Part shown: piece by piece, positions 1-7,915 of the stretch | Layout of the letters: every line of letters begins with the position of its first letter | Numbering within the stretch: the stretch's first letter is position 1 | Assembly (NCBI GenBank): GCA_031409335.1 | Contig: JANNWY010000020.1 | Span: 1-14,877 of the forward strand | Source: Chthoniobacteraceae bacterium | Lineage (GTDB): Bacteria > Verrucomicrobiota > Verrucomicrobiia > Chthoniobacterales > Chthoniobacteraceae | Length of the DNA: 14,877 nucleotides | Direction of reading: 5' to 3' | Notes under the pieces: model-generated | Told to the model about the DNA's origin: nothing | Databases searched by the model: none | What the model saw: the letters and a program-made list of their open reading frames with translations, nothing else | Program-made: the position numbers and the translations under genes

Positions 1-349
<349 letters not shown>

Positions 350-730
350 AAGTTTGCGCCATCACTGCTAAGGTGACGGCAAAATCTGACCGTTCTATAC
401 CTGAGCGACCGTGAGGCCGATCAGGGTTTGTTCGATCGTGTTAATTATTGAATCAAAGATCTGACGTATAACGCACAATTCAATTTTTGCTTACCATCAT
501 TCCGGCAGTTGCCGGAATGGTTTGACCGTTCTGAATGATTCACAGTTGTCCATGTCTTTGCGAGACGCGAGACGACTGATGAGATTCGAGAACCAGATTA
601 TCAAAGAGCTTGATCTACAACTTCCGGGCAACAAAAAACTCAATGTCGAGTCCGGCTATAAAAGAAACGCCGGGGTGCGGTGTTCCAATCATGGTCGGGA
701 CGAGATTGAGTTCAATCTGAAGTCCCAGAA

Positions 731-761
731 GTTGTAAGAGCCATTCGCTTTTTGGAGCGAA
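731..761 (-). promoter_or_regulatory. rrn leader antitermination signals (boxB-like hairpin + boxA-like)
   Basis: Minus strand hairpin TTCGCT-CCAAAA-AGCGAA (761-744) followed directly by TGGCTCTTACAAC (743-731), resembling boxA TGCTCTTTAACA, just downstream of the promoter. Confidence 0.65.
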
Positions 762-784
762 GCCGCGTTTTGCTGCGGGCCGAG

Positions 785-840
785 ACGTTAGCGGTGCCGT
801 TTCGATCGTCAACAGGAAATTTGAAAATTTCGTTTTCCCC
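785..840 (-). promoter_or_regulatory. sigma70-type rRNA operon promoter with AT-rich UP element
   Basis: -35 TTGACG (812-807), 16-bp spacer, -10 TAACGT (790-785), GC-rich discriminator, AT-rich tract upstream (813-840). Confidence 0.8.
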
Positions 841-857
841 GCAAACTGAATCGTCAC

Positions 858-1043
858 TTAGGCTGCTACTTTCACCGGCCCGCCACTTGGCAGGGCGCGG
901 AGATTAGCGGAGTCGTGATGCACCGCAAGAGGAATGTTTCGGAATTTTTCCCCCGAGAGAAACCAGGCAATCGCCCAAGGTGTTCGCCGCCTAGAATCCC
1001 TGTGTCTATGGGCCTTCGCGGTCCGCTCGTCGATTTTGTTCAT
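858..1043 (-). CDS. possible 61-aa hypothetical protein
   Basis: ATG overlaps the TGA of the 51-aa ORF (ATGA at 1043-1040); no recognisable motif. Confidence 0.25.
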   Translation of the reverse strand: MNKIDERTAKAHRHRDSRRRTPWAIAWFLSGEKFRNIPLAVHHDSANLRALPSGGPVKVAA

Positions 1044-1195
1044 TGTCGTGCCGACGCTGCGGACACGGCATTTTCCTGGCTGGGAGGGGCTGCGCGGGCG
1101 CGCTGCACATCGCGCCAGTGCTTCACGGTCGCGCCGATGAGCAGCCCAAGAATCACAAAAGCAATGAGCCGAATCTCATCGGTGGTGAGCCTCAT
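1040..1195 (-). CDS. 51-aa single-TM small membrane protein (not in ORF track)
   Basis: MRLTTDEIRLIAFVILGLLIGATVKHWRDVQRARAAPPSQENAVSAASARQ; ATGA overlap with the KTSC stop; clear hydrophobic helix followed by KHWR. Confidence 0.7.
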   Translation of the reverse strand: MRLTTDEIRLIAFVILGLLIGATVKHWRDVQRARAAPPSQENAVSAASARQ

Positions 1196-1518
1196 TGTTT
1201 TGAGCCGCTTATTTTTTCGAAATCGTATTTTCCGCGGACTTGCCCGCTGAAAAAATTGCCCTTCGAGCGCGCGGTTGAAAATGCCGTGAACACGCTGCGC
1301 GGCACCTTGCGATAGCGGTAGATCGCGCCTGAGCGAAATTCGATTTCCAATAGCTTGGAGGCGCGGCTGTGCCCGATGCTTGCGATCGACGATGACTCAA
1401 CAGGAGTGCGCTGAATGGCACTCGAATCTGACCTCGCGGACTGCTTCCCAAGTCCGATGCAACAAGCGGCGGCGAGGCAAACTTTCAGCCACAAACAGGA
1501 CGCAGGGCGCGTTCTCAT
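1192..1518 (-). CDS. KTSC domain protein with N-terminal signal-peptide-like segment
   Basis: RTPVESSSIASIGH...LLEIEFRSGAIYRYRKVP...F..F..ARSKGNFF...VRGKY is the KTSC pattern. Start taken at ATG 1518 (MRTRPASCLWLKVCLAAACCIGLG); GTG 1539 is an alternative. Confidence 0.88.
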   Translation of the reverse strand: MRTRPASCLWLKVCLAAACCIGLGKQSARSDSSAIQRTPVESSSIASIGHSRASKLLEIEFRSGAIYRYRKVPRSVFTAFSTARSKGNFFSGQVRGKYDFEKISGSKQ

Positions 1519-1548
1519 GGGGGGATTCTTATCAGCCACTCTGCGACA

Positions 1549-1577
1549 GGCGAGCGCAAATACACCCTGCGCTCGCC
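1549..1577. other. intergenic stem-loop (perfect 10-bp stem)
   Basis: GGCGAGCGCA-9 nt-TGCGCTCGCC directly after the AKR stop; no U-tract, so a stabiliser or weak terminator. Confidence 0.5.
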
Positions 1578-1587
1578 ATCCAACGGA

Positions 1588-2733
1588 TCACGCCGCCTTG
1601 CTATGCGTGCAGACGAGGTCGCGGACTGGATCAATTTGCCAGCGCTGCGCCGCGGCGGCGAGGTCGCCATTGAGCGCCCAGCGGTCTGCCACCGGATCGC
1701 CGGTGAATCCGGGATTGCCGCCCTTGAGTTCCATACAGCCCGCATTGTCGCCGATTTGCGCGATCTCCGCGATTTCGTCTGACGTGAGCGCCGTCTGCGG
1801 CAGCGCCGCCAGTTCGTCGATCTTGCTTTCTATCGACTTCGCGCTCGCGCCGCTTTCCTGAATCATCGTGGGAATCACGCTGCGCACGGGCGCATGAGAG
1901 AGATTCCAGAGGCTCGCGAGTTGCAGCAGCGTGAGTCCGTGCGCTTGGGCAATTGGTCGCAATTGCTCGATTTTGACGCTCCCCGCTTCGACCCATCCCG
2001 CGGGTCGAAACGTGCGATGGTCGCGTTCGCCGAAAGCGTGGCCTGGCTTCACGTCATCGTGGAAAAGTCCGCCATAATCGACGACACGCGTGATCAAATT
2101 GACGTGATGTTTTTCCGCCGCTGGCAGGCAAAGGCGACCTGGCCATGGCTCCAGTGGATTGAGAATAATCATTGCCCAATCAATGACCTCCTCGAAACGC
2201 TCGAAATTCAAAATCATGTCGAGCGCAAATCCATTTGCCGGTCCAGGCGCGATGCCGATCCGCTCGGCAAGCCCCTCGCTCTTCAAAGCCGCCATCGCGC
2301 TCCAAACGGCCTCGCTCGTGTAGCCAGTCGAATCGGGATTGTGCAGCATCAGCAGATCGAAGCTCTGCACGCCGCATCGCTCCAGCGATTTCTCCGTCGC
2401 CATGCGCAGATACGATGCGTATTCACGCGCGCTCCTCAGCCGCGGGTCGGTGAAACGCGGGTAACCCTTTGAGCCTTCCCGCTCACCTTCGTAAAAATCG
2501 TGGCCCACCGCGCCGACCAGGCAGTAGCTCTCCCGCGGCAGCCCGGCGAGCGCGCGCCCGAGCAGCTCATCCGAAGCGCCGTTGCCATAAACGTCGGCGG
2601 TCATGAACGTGCGAACGCCGCGCTCGTAAGCGTGGCGGATCGCGCCGAGAAATCGTGCATCGTCGAGCGGTTCGCCGAAGTGCATAAAGCGGCCACCACT
2701 CCAAGTTCCGTAAGCTGTGCGGGTAAGTTCCAT
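1588..2733 (-). CDS. aldo/keto reductase-fold protein (non-canonical catalytic residues)
   Basis: AYGTWSGG, GVRTFMTADVYGNGASDELLG, SLERCG...DLLMLHNPD, LKSEGLAERIGI, IAQAHGLTLLQLA..W, SVIP; start at ATG 2733 (MELTRT). Confidence 0.9.
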   Translation of the reverse strand: MELTRTAYGTWSGGRFMHFGEPLDDARFLGAIRHAYERGVRTFMTADVYGNGASDELLGRALAGLPRESYCLVGAVGHDFYEGEREGSKGYPRFTDPRLRSAREYASYLRMATEKSLERCGVQSFDLLMLHNPDSTGYTSEAVWSAMAALKSEGLAERIGIAPGPANGFALDMILNFERFEEVIDWAMIILNPLEPWPGRLCLPAAEKHHVNLITRVVDYGGLFHDDVKPGHAFGERDHRTFRPAGWVEAGSVKIEQLRPIAQAHGLTLLQLASLWNLSHAPVRSVIPTMIQESGASAKSIESKIDELAALPQTALTSDEIAEIAQIGDNAGCMELKGGNPGFTGDPVADRWALNGDLAAAAQRWQIDPVRDLVCTHSKAA

Positions 2734-2835
2734 AGATTTGTGATGGCAAATAAACAACGATACGCCCGGGTGGAAACCCCGATTTTGCGCACTGCTGACC
2801 TCGGGCTGGCGCGGAAGTTTTCCCGGCCCGACATC

Positions 2836-3198
2836 CTACTGGAAAACGTCGTCCCCCTTTCTCGGCATCCCTTGGACAATGTCCGCCACCACAAATGGGC
2901 GCCGATTCACATTCCCGACGGCCACGACCCCTGAAGCGGTCTCGCCCGAGAACGCTTTCAGCGCCGTCCCGGGAGGCGGAACCGCGGCGACGCCGGTGTC
3001 AATCAACACAAACTTCTCCGCCTCATTCACCAGCGTGACCGTGCCGATTTGCAGCCGTGCGGCGTTCACTGCCACCGCACGGGGCGTTTTGCGGTTCGAT
3101 CGAAAATTCCCTTGTTTGAAAGTGGCGCAGCTTGGAGCGACGGACACCACAGCTGCGAGCAGCACAGCGCGGATGAAAATCTTCAGCGGAAAAGTCAT
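2836..3198 (-). CDS. putative lipoprotein with C-terminal beta-rich (FlgT-C-like) domain
   Basis: MTFPLKIFIRAVLLAAVVSVAPSC signal with Cys; C-terminal IGTVTLVN...FVLIDTG...G...VG...VADIVQGMPRKGDDV. Confidence 0.75.
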   Translation of the reverse strand: MTFPLKIFIRAVLLAAVVSVAPSCATFKQGNFRSNRKTPRAVAVNAARLQIGTVTLVNEAEKFVLIDTGVAAVPPPGTALKAFSGETASGVVAVGNVNRRPFVVADIVQGMPRKGDDVFQ

Positions 3199-3274
3199 CG
3201 CCAAGACATACGCGCCCCTCGTGGCAACGTGAACGCATTTCGCCACACGCTTTCAGCGCGATCGGGAATTGCCT

Positions 3275-3304
3275 TTGACGCCAAAGAAAACTTCGCCATA
3301 CATT
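3275..3304 (+). promoter_or_regulatory. putative sigma70 promoter of tRNA-Ser
   Basis: TTGACG (3275-3280), 18 bp, TACATT (3299-3304), 12 nt before the tRNA. Confidence 0.55.
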
Positions 3305-3316
3305 CGCGCCGCGACA

Positions 3317-3404
3317 GGAGAGGTGGCTGAGTGGTCGAAAGCAGCGCTTTGCTAAAGCGCCATACTCCAAAAGGGTATCGGGGGTTCGAATCCCCCCCTC
3401 TCCG
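3317..3404 (+). tRNA. tRNA-Ser (anticodon GCT), CCA not encoded
   Basis: Acceptor GGAGAGG/CCTCTCC + G discriminator; D-loop AGTGGTCGAAA; anticodon arm GCGCT-TTGCTAA-AGCGC; long variable arm; T-arm GGGGG-TTCGAAT-CCCCC. Confidence 0.98.
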
Positions 3405-3415
3405 CGCCCTCGCTT

Positions 3416-4039
3416 TCACCCGCGATTTTGCGGCCACACGGGGTGTTTCACGATTCGCTTTAATGCGCGGTCGAGCAGCGTGATGCCTGGCTCCATGCGG
3501 TGCCACGGGGATGCGCCGGAGGGGTGCGGGAGCGGGATAAGGTCGAAACTATGGCCGCGAAAATTGACGCGGAATTGTCCGCCGATCACTTCCGTCAATT
3601 TGTCGAACTCAATGAATTGCGCGATCGCGAGTTTGCCGATGGGGATGACGAGCTGCGGTTCGAGGATTTCCATTTCGGCTTCGAGCCAGTCGCGACACGT
3701 CACGACTTCGCCCGCGTCGGGCACGCGGTCGCCGCCGCCGGAATTTCGCCCGGGAAAACAGCGGCACACGGCGGCCATGTAAATCGACGCGCGGTATTCC
3801 GCTTCCGTCATTCCACACGCGCGGTGAATCCAGCCGAAGAGCGTTTTCCCAGCCGTCCACGCGAAGGGACGCCCGAGCACCGGCTCCTTGCTGCCAGGTG
3901 CCTGGCCGACGGCGATCACACGACTGAGGACGGCGCCGCCGGAGACTGCGGGGCGCTGCATCTTCGGGCAGCGCTCGCACGCGCGGAGCCGGTTCACGAG
4001 CCGGTCGAGTCGGCGCTGCGCGGAAGCCGGAGCCGTCAC
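3416..4039 (-). CDS. uracil-DNA glycosylase superfamily protein, probably Fe-S binding
   Basis: CxxC (ACERC), GQAPG motif, AVCRCFPG...DRVP...C, PLPHPSG; GTG start overlaps the fmt stop (GTGA 4039-4036). Confidence 0.9.
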   Translation of the reverse strand: MTAPASAQRRLDRLVNRLRACERCPKMQRPAVSGGAVLSRVIAVGQAPGSKEPVLGRPFAWTAGKTLFGWIHRACGMTEAEYRASIYMAAVCRCFPGRNSGGGDRVPDAGEVVTCRDWLEAEMEILEPQLVIPIGKLAIAQFIEFDKLTEVIGGQFRVNFRGHSFDLIPLPHPSGASPWHRMEPGITLLDRALKRIVKHPVWPQNRG

Positions 4040-4983
4040 TGCGCGGTTAAGACGGCGCCAGGCGCGACGAGCGTGCCCATCAAAAAATCGCGCGCGCTCA
4101 TCCGCTTTTTTCCTTCGAATTGCACCTCGCGCAGCAGCACTCCGCCCTGCCCTGCCGCGATCAGCAGACCGTGCTTGTCGGCACGCACGACGATCCCCGG
4201 CGCGCCGATATTTCGGCTGTGCTGGATGCACACGAAGACCTTGAGTTTTCGCGGTCCCTCGGCAGTCGGGAGAAACGTGAACGCGCCCGGCCAGGGATTC
4301 ATCGCCCGGATGCGGCGGTCAATTTGCTCCTGCGTCGCAGTCCAGTCGATCGCGCCATTTTCGCGCGTGAGCTTGGGCGCGTATGTCGCGAGCGCGGCAT
4401 CCTGTTTCACGCGCAATGCGCGGCCTTGTTTGAGTGAGGTGAGCGCTTCTGAAAGTGCGATGGGTGCAATGCTGGCGATTGCGTCGTGGATCGAACCGCC
4501 CGTGTCGCGACGCCGAATGCGCACCACTTTCTTCAGCAAAATATCGCCGGTATCCAATCCCTCATCCATGTACATCACTGTCACGCCGGTCTCGGAATCT
4601 CCCGCTTCAACCGCCGCCTGAATGGGAGCCGCGCCGCGGTGCCGCGGCAGCAAAGACGCGTGCAAATTCAGACACGCCACGGACGGAACGCGCAGAATTT
4701 CCCCCGGTAAGATCTGGCCGTAAGCCATGACGACGATCGCATCCGGCTTGAGATAGCGCAGTTGCTCGACCGCGCCGCGGTCGCGAATTTTTTGCGGCTG
4801 AAAAATCGGGACGTGATGTTTCAGCGCGAGTTGCTTGATCGGCGATGCCTGCATTTCCTGGTGCCGTCCGACTGGCTTGTCCGGCTGCGTCACGACCGCG
4901 AGGACGTGATGCTCGTGCGCGCGCAACAGATGATCCAGCGTGGGCAGGCCGATGTCGCCGGTGCCGATGAAAAGAATCCTCAC
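4036..4983 (-). CDS. fmt: methionyl-tRNA formyltransferase
   Basis: MRILFIGT, VVTQPDKPVGR, VVMAYGQILP, NLHASLLPRHRGAAPIQ, GVTVMYMDEGLDTGD, IRAMNPWPGA; GTGA overlap with the adk stop. Confidence 0.97.
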   Translation of the reverse strand: MRILFIGTGDIGLPTLDHLLRAHEHHVLAVVTQPDKPVGRHQEMQASPIKQLALKHHVPIFQPQKIRDRGAVEQLRYLKPDAIVVMAYGQILPGEILRVPSVACLNLHASLLPRHRGAAPIQAAVEAGDSETGVTVMYMDEGLDTGDILLKKVVRIRRRDTGGSIHDAIASIAPIALSEALTSLKQGRALRVKQDAALATYAPKLTRENGAIDWTATQEQIDRRIRAMNPWPGAFTFLPTAEGPRKLKVFVCIQHSRNIGAPGIVVRADKHGLLIAAGQGGVLLREVQFEGKKRMSARDFLMGTLVAPGAVLTAQ

Positions 4984-5570
4984 GCTTGACCGCCGATGAT
5001 CGCGCGCAGGATGTCGAACGTGACTTTCACCGGCGTCTGTTGCGCGTCGATTTCGTGGATCAAATCCGGGCCGTAAAAATCCAGCAGCGGCTTCGACTCC
5101 GCGTCGTAAGTCGCGAGGCGTTTGCGAATCACTTCCTCGTTTGCGTCGTCAAATCGGTTGTCCTTCAGCGCGCGCTTTTTCAGCCGCGTCACGATCTGCG
5201 CGCGGTCCGGGCAGGAAAGGTGAAAGACTTTTTTCACGTCGATGATCTCGCGCATGATCGCGGCCTGGCTGACGTTGCGCGGGATGCCGTCGAGGATCAG
5301 CGAGTCGATGTCGGGCTTGAAAGTATGCGCGCGGACGACGTCGGCGATGTTGGCCTGCCACAGCTTCACGGTGATGTCGTCCGGGACGAGCTGGCCGCGG
5401 CTGGCAAATTCGAGGAATTTCTGGCCGAGTTCCGTGCGGGTATCCAGGGAACGAAAAACATCGCCACAGGCACAGTGGTAAAAGCGCGGGATCGCTCCCA
5501 GGATCTGGCCCTGCGTGCCCTTGCCGCTGCCGGGCGCGCCGAAGATGAGGTAGGTGCGATATTTCATCAT
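4980..5570 (-). CDS. adk: adenylate kinase family (short, LID-less type)
   Basis: P-loop GAPGSGKGTQ, GDVFR, GQLVPD, LDGIPRNVSQA, R.DD.NEEVIRKRL..Y...S.PL..FY. Confidence 0.9.
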   Translation of the reverse strand: MMKYRTYLIFGAPGSGKGTQGQILGAIPRFYHCACGDVFRSLDTRTELGQKFLEFASRGQLVPDDITVKLWQANIADVVRAHTFKPDIDSLILDGIPRNVSQAAIMREIIDVKKVFHLSCPDRAQIVTRLKKRALKDNRFDDANEEVIRKRLATYDAESKPLLDFYGPDLIHEIDAQQTPVKVTFDILRAIIGGQA

Positions 5571-5637
5571 GAGCTTCTGGAAAAGCGCTCACTAAACGGG
5601 GCGTGCGCGGGGCGCGCAAGGGGGAAGTGCGCGACGC

Positions 5638-6567
5638 TCAGAGTCGCGCCAGAGTCGCGCTCAAGACACTTTCCACGCTCAACGCCGAAAGGTCGCCATC
5701 CGGCGCGGCCAGCACTTTGACTTCTGGATTCGCCGGTGCCCACACCGCCGGATCAGTCGGCCCGAAAAGCAGCACACAAGACGCGCCCACTGCCGCCGCG
5801 AGGTGCGAGATGCCGCTGTCGTGGCCGATGAAAGCCCGGCTCCGCGCGAGCACGGCCGCGAGATGCGGCAGCGGAAGATGGCGCGCGACCAGAATCGGCG
5901 CGTCCCGCCATGCTTCGCACAATTCTGCGAGGCGCTGCTCGTCCGCTTCGCCGCCGACGATCAGGATTTGCACGTCGCGCCGCATCAACGCGCGCCCGAG
6001 CTCCACCCATTTTTCCACCGCCCAGTTTTTCCCCGGACTGCCGCTGCCTGGGTGGATCGCGACGAGCGGACGCTCATCACATTCCGCGAGAAATCGCGCA
6101 GCGAACGTGTGGTCCGCTTCGGTGAGGTGGACGGTCGCGGCGGCGTCTTCGAGGTAAAGCGCGAGGCGTTGCAGCGGTTGCGCGAGCTGCTGCGCGGCGT
6201 GATCGGAGTCATCGACTCGCACGAATGCGCGGAGAATGTTTTTCGCGCCCGCCCGGCGGAGATTCGATTCAAAAAACAGCTCGGGATCGAAGAGGTAAGA
6301 AATGATCTGGTGAAAACTCGCAAAGTATTCGACGAGGTCGGGAGCGAGTTCGGAGTTTGGCACGAAGAAACCCGCCATCGCGCCGTATTCGATCGAGCGC
6401 GTCGCCGCCGCGTAGTAGCGGCCTTCGGCGAGCGCGATGATGTGCTGGTAGCCGAGGATTTCGAGGTGCGCTTCGGGGAAGTTTTCCCGCAGCAATTTGA
6501 TCGCCGGAAGCGTCAGGATGAAATCGCCGATCGCACCGCCGCGGATGACGAGAATGCGCCCTGCCAC
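5638..6567 (-). CDS. glycosyltransferase family 9 (ADP-heptose:LPS heptosyltransferase-like)
   Basis: RILVIRGGAIGDFILTLP, AIHPGSGSPGKNW, FIGHDSGISHLAAAVG, LFGPTDP..WAP. Confidence 0.93.
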   Translation of the reverse strand: MAGRILVIRGGAIGDFILTLPAIKLLRENFPEAHLEILGYQHIIALAEGRYYAAATRSIEYGAMAGFFVPNSELAPDLVEYFASFHQIISYLFDPELFFESNLRRAGAKNILRAFVRVDDSDHAAQQLAQPLQRLALYLEDAAATVHLTEADHTFAARFLAECDERPLVAIHPGSGSPGKNWAVEKWVELGRALMRRDVQILIVGGEADEQRLAELCEAWRDAPILVARHLPLPHLAAVLARSRAFIGHDSGISHLAAAVGASCVLLFGPTDPAVWAPANPEVKVLAAPDGDLSALSVESVLSATLARL

Positions 6568-6605
6568 AAAGCGGAGAGGCTTAGATCACCAAACAAAATG
6601 GCAAA

Positions 6606-6785
6606 TCAATTGCCGCCGCCTTGCGGGGAAAATCCGCCGAGCGGACCCTTGCCTTCCCACGGCTCGGGCCGGTTCCACGGGATATTGCTCACGCGATTCG
6701 GATCCTTCGGTTCGTCGCTCGCGCAACCGGGCAGAAAGGCCAGTGTTCCGACGAAAACCAAGAGCGCGAAAATCCGCCGGATCAT
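6606..6785 (-). CDS. 59-aa small lipoprotein (not in ORF track)
   Basis: MIRRIFALLVFVGTLAFLPGC-ASDEPKDPNRVSNIPWNRPEPWEGKGPLGGFSPQGGGN; basic N-terminus, hydrophobic core, lipobox-like LPGC; GGAG SD-like site upstream; fills the gap between co-oriented genes. Confidence 0.8.
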   Translation of the reverse strand: MIRRIFALLVFVGTLAFLPGCASDEPKDPNRVSNIPWNRPEPWEGKGPLGGFSPQGGGN

Positions 6786-6804
6786 GGGTGAAACTCCAAG
6801 ACTG

Positions 6805-7593
6805 CTATTTCGCCCGTGCGACTTCGTAAATCACGCGATCACCAGGCTGCACACTGTCACCCTTGGGAACCGTGCTCGGGATCACATCGGCGATCGAAGT
6901 GCTCGGCTCCACCGAAGTGACCCGCACTTTGCCGACCATCTGGCCATCCCGCGTTACCACGAATACCTTCCCAATCTTGACGCTTTGCCGGTCACCGATG
7001 TTGATCACTACGAAATTCCAACCGGCATTGTGGGCAAGGATAGTGCCCGTCACACCGGGCTTCGTAAAGTCCCTCTTATACTCCTCAACTTTTTGCTTTT
7101 CTGCGGCCGTTCTCGCGACTTCTTCGGAAACCTTCTTGCTCATGGTGTCTCGAATCTGCGTCAACTCGGCCACCTTGACTTCAAGGTCTGCCTTCGCGGC
7201 CTTGGTTTCGTCGAAGTCCTTCTTCAATTGCACGAGGTCAATGGCGGGCTCCGTTCCGTCCCCGCGTTTCGTGAGGGCTTCTATTTCCGCAATTTTCGCG
7301 GCAAGAGCGGTGCTCGCTTCCGTTAGTTTTGCCCCAAGGCTGTCAATCTCCCCCTTCTTCCCCGCGATGTCCTTTTCCTTCACCTCGATGTCGGCTTTCG
7401 CCCCAACGAGTTCTTCCTCGGTCTTTTTCAAAGTGCCCTTTGTTTTAGTAAGATCGGTCTGCGCAATGCCGAGCGATTTCTTTTTGTCCGAAAGTTCGGT
7501 CACGATCCCTTCCACCTTCTGTTTCGTTGCGAACCCGAGGTATGCGGTCGCGGCGATTACGAGCGCGGAAATAATTAGAAGGATCTTGGCCAT
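6805..7593 (-). CDS. membrane-anchored coiled-coil protein with C-terminal beta-rich (FlgT-C-like) domain
   Basis: MAKILLIISALVIAATAYLGF anchor; about 150 aa K/E-rich heptad region; C-terminal TGTILAHNAGWNFVVINIG...G..F.V.RDGQMVGKVRVTSVE...SIADV...GDRV. Start at ATG 7593. Confidence 0.85.
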   Translation of the reverse strand: MAKILLIISALVIAATAYLGFATKQKVEGIVTELSDKKKSLGIAQTDLTKTKGTLKKTEEELVGAKADIEVKEKDIAGKKGEIDSLGAKLTEASTALAAKIAEIEALTKRGDGTEPAIDLVQLKKDFDETKAAKADLEVKVAELTQIRDTMSKKVSEEVARTAAEKQKVEEYKRDFTKPGVTGTILAHNAGWNFVVINIGDRQSVKIGKVFVVTRDGQMVGKVRVTSVEPSTSIADVIPSTVPKGDSVQPGDRVIYEVARAK

Positions 7594-7771
7594 GAAATTA
7601 AATGTCGGGGAATAGTGTGGAGAAATCGGAGTTTCGTAAAGGGAGAACCGGCGCTCTGCGCTGGGTCGATGCGGCGCACGTTTAAGCCCTCCCAAAAATC
7701 GAAAGCAAGCGGTTTCGCGATTTTTCTGGAAATCGTTTGTCATCCGTCCAAGCAGCACGAATAGTCCGCGC

Positions 7772-7867
7772 TCCGTCAGGGACTGTGGATTGGGGGCAGA
7801 CAAACCCCGCCAGGGCCGGAAGGCAGCAACGGTAGTCCGACCTCCTCTGTCGCAGCTCTCTGGCGGA
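7772..7867 (+). ncRNA. ffs: signal recognition particle RNA (4.5S)
   Basis: Conserved domain IV CCAGGGCCGGAAGGCAGCAACGG; terminal helix TCCGTCAGGGA/TCTCTGGCGGA; T-run follows (about 7871-7877); upstream TTGTCA-17-AATAGT. Confidence 0.95.
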
Positions 7868-7915
7868 CTCTTTTTTTGCGGTGGAGTTTTGGGATGGAGC
7901 GGCGCTTCGCTGAAA

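Noticed and set aside
522..857. ORFs 522..737 (+) and 615..857 (-)
   Set aside because: They overlap the rrn promoter and leader and show no protein motifs
3222..3238. TGGCAACGTGAACGCA, GG-N10-GC on the + strand upstream of the tRNA
   Set aside because: Poor -12 element (ACGC); a better sigma70 candidate lies closer to the tRNA
3317..3416. tRNA-Ser as an island integration site
   Set aside because: No integrase and no duplicated tRNA 3' end seen; flanked by housekeeping genes
4040..4231. N-terminal extension of the UDG ORF to 4231
   Set aside because: Overlaps fmt by about 190 nt; the GTGA-coupled start at 4039 is more plausible
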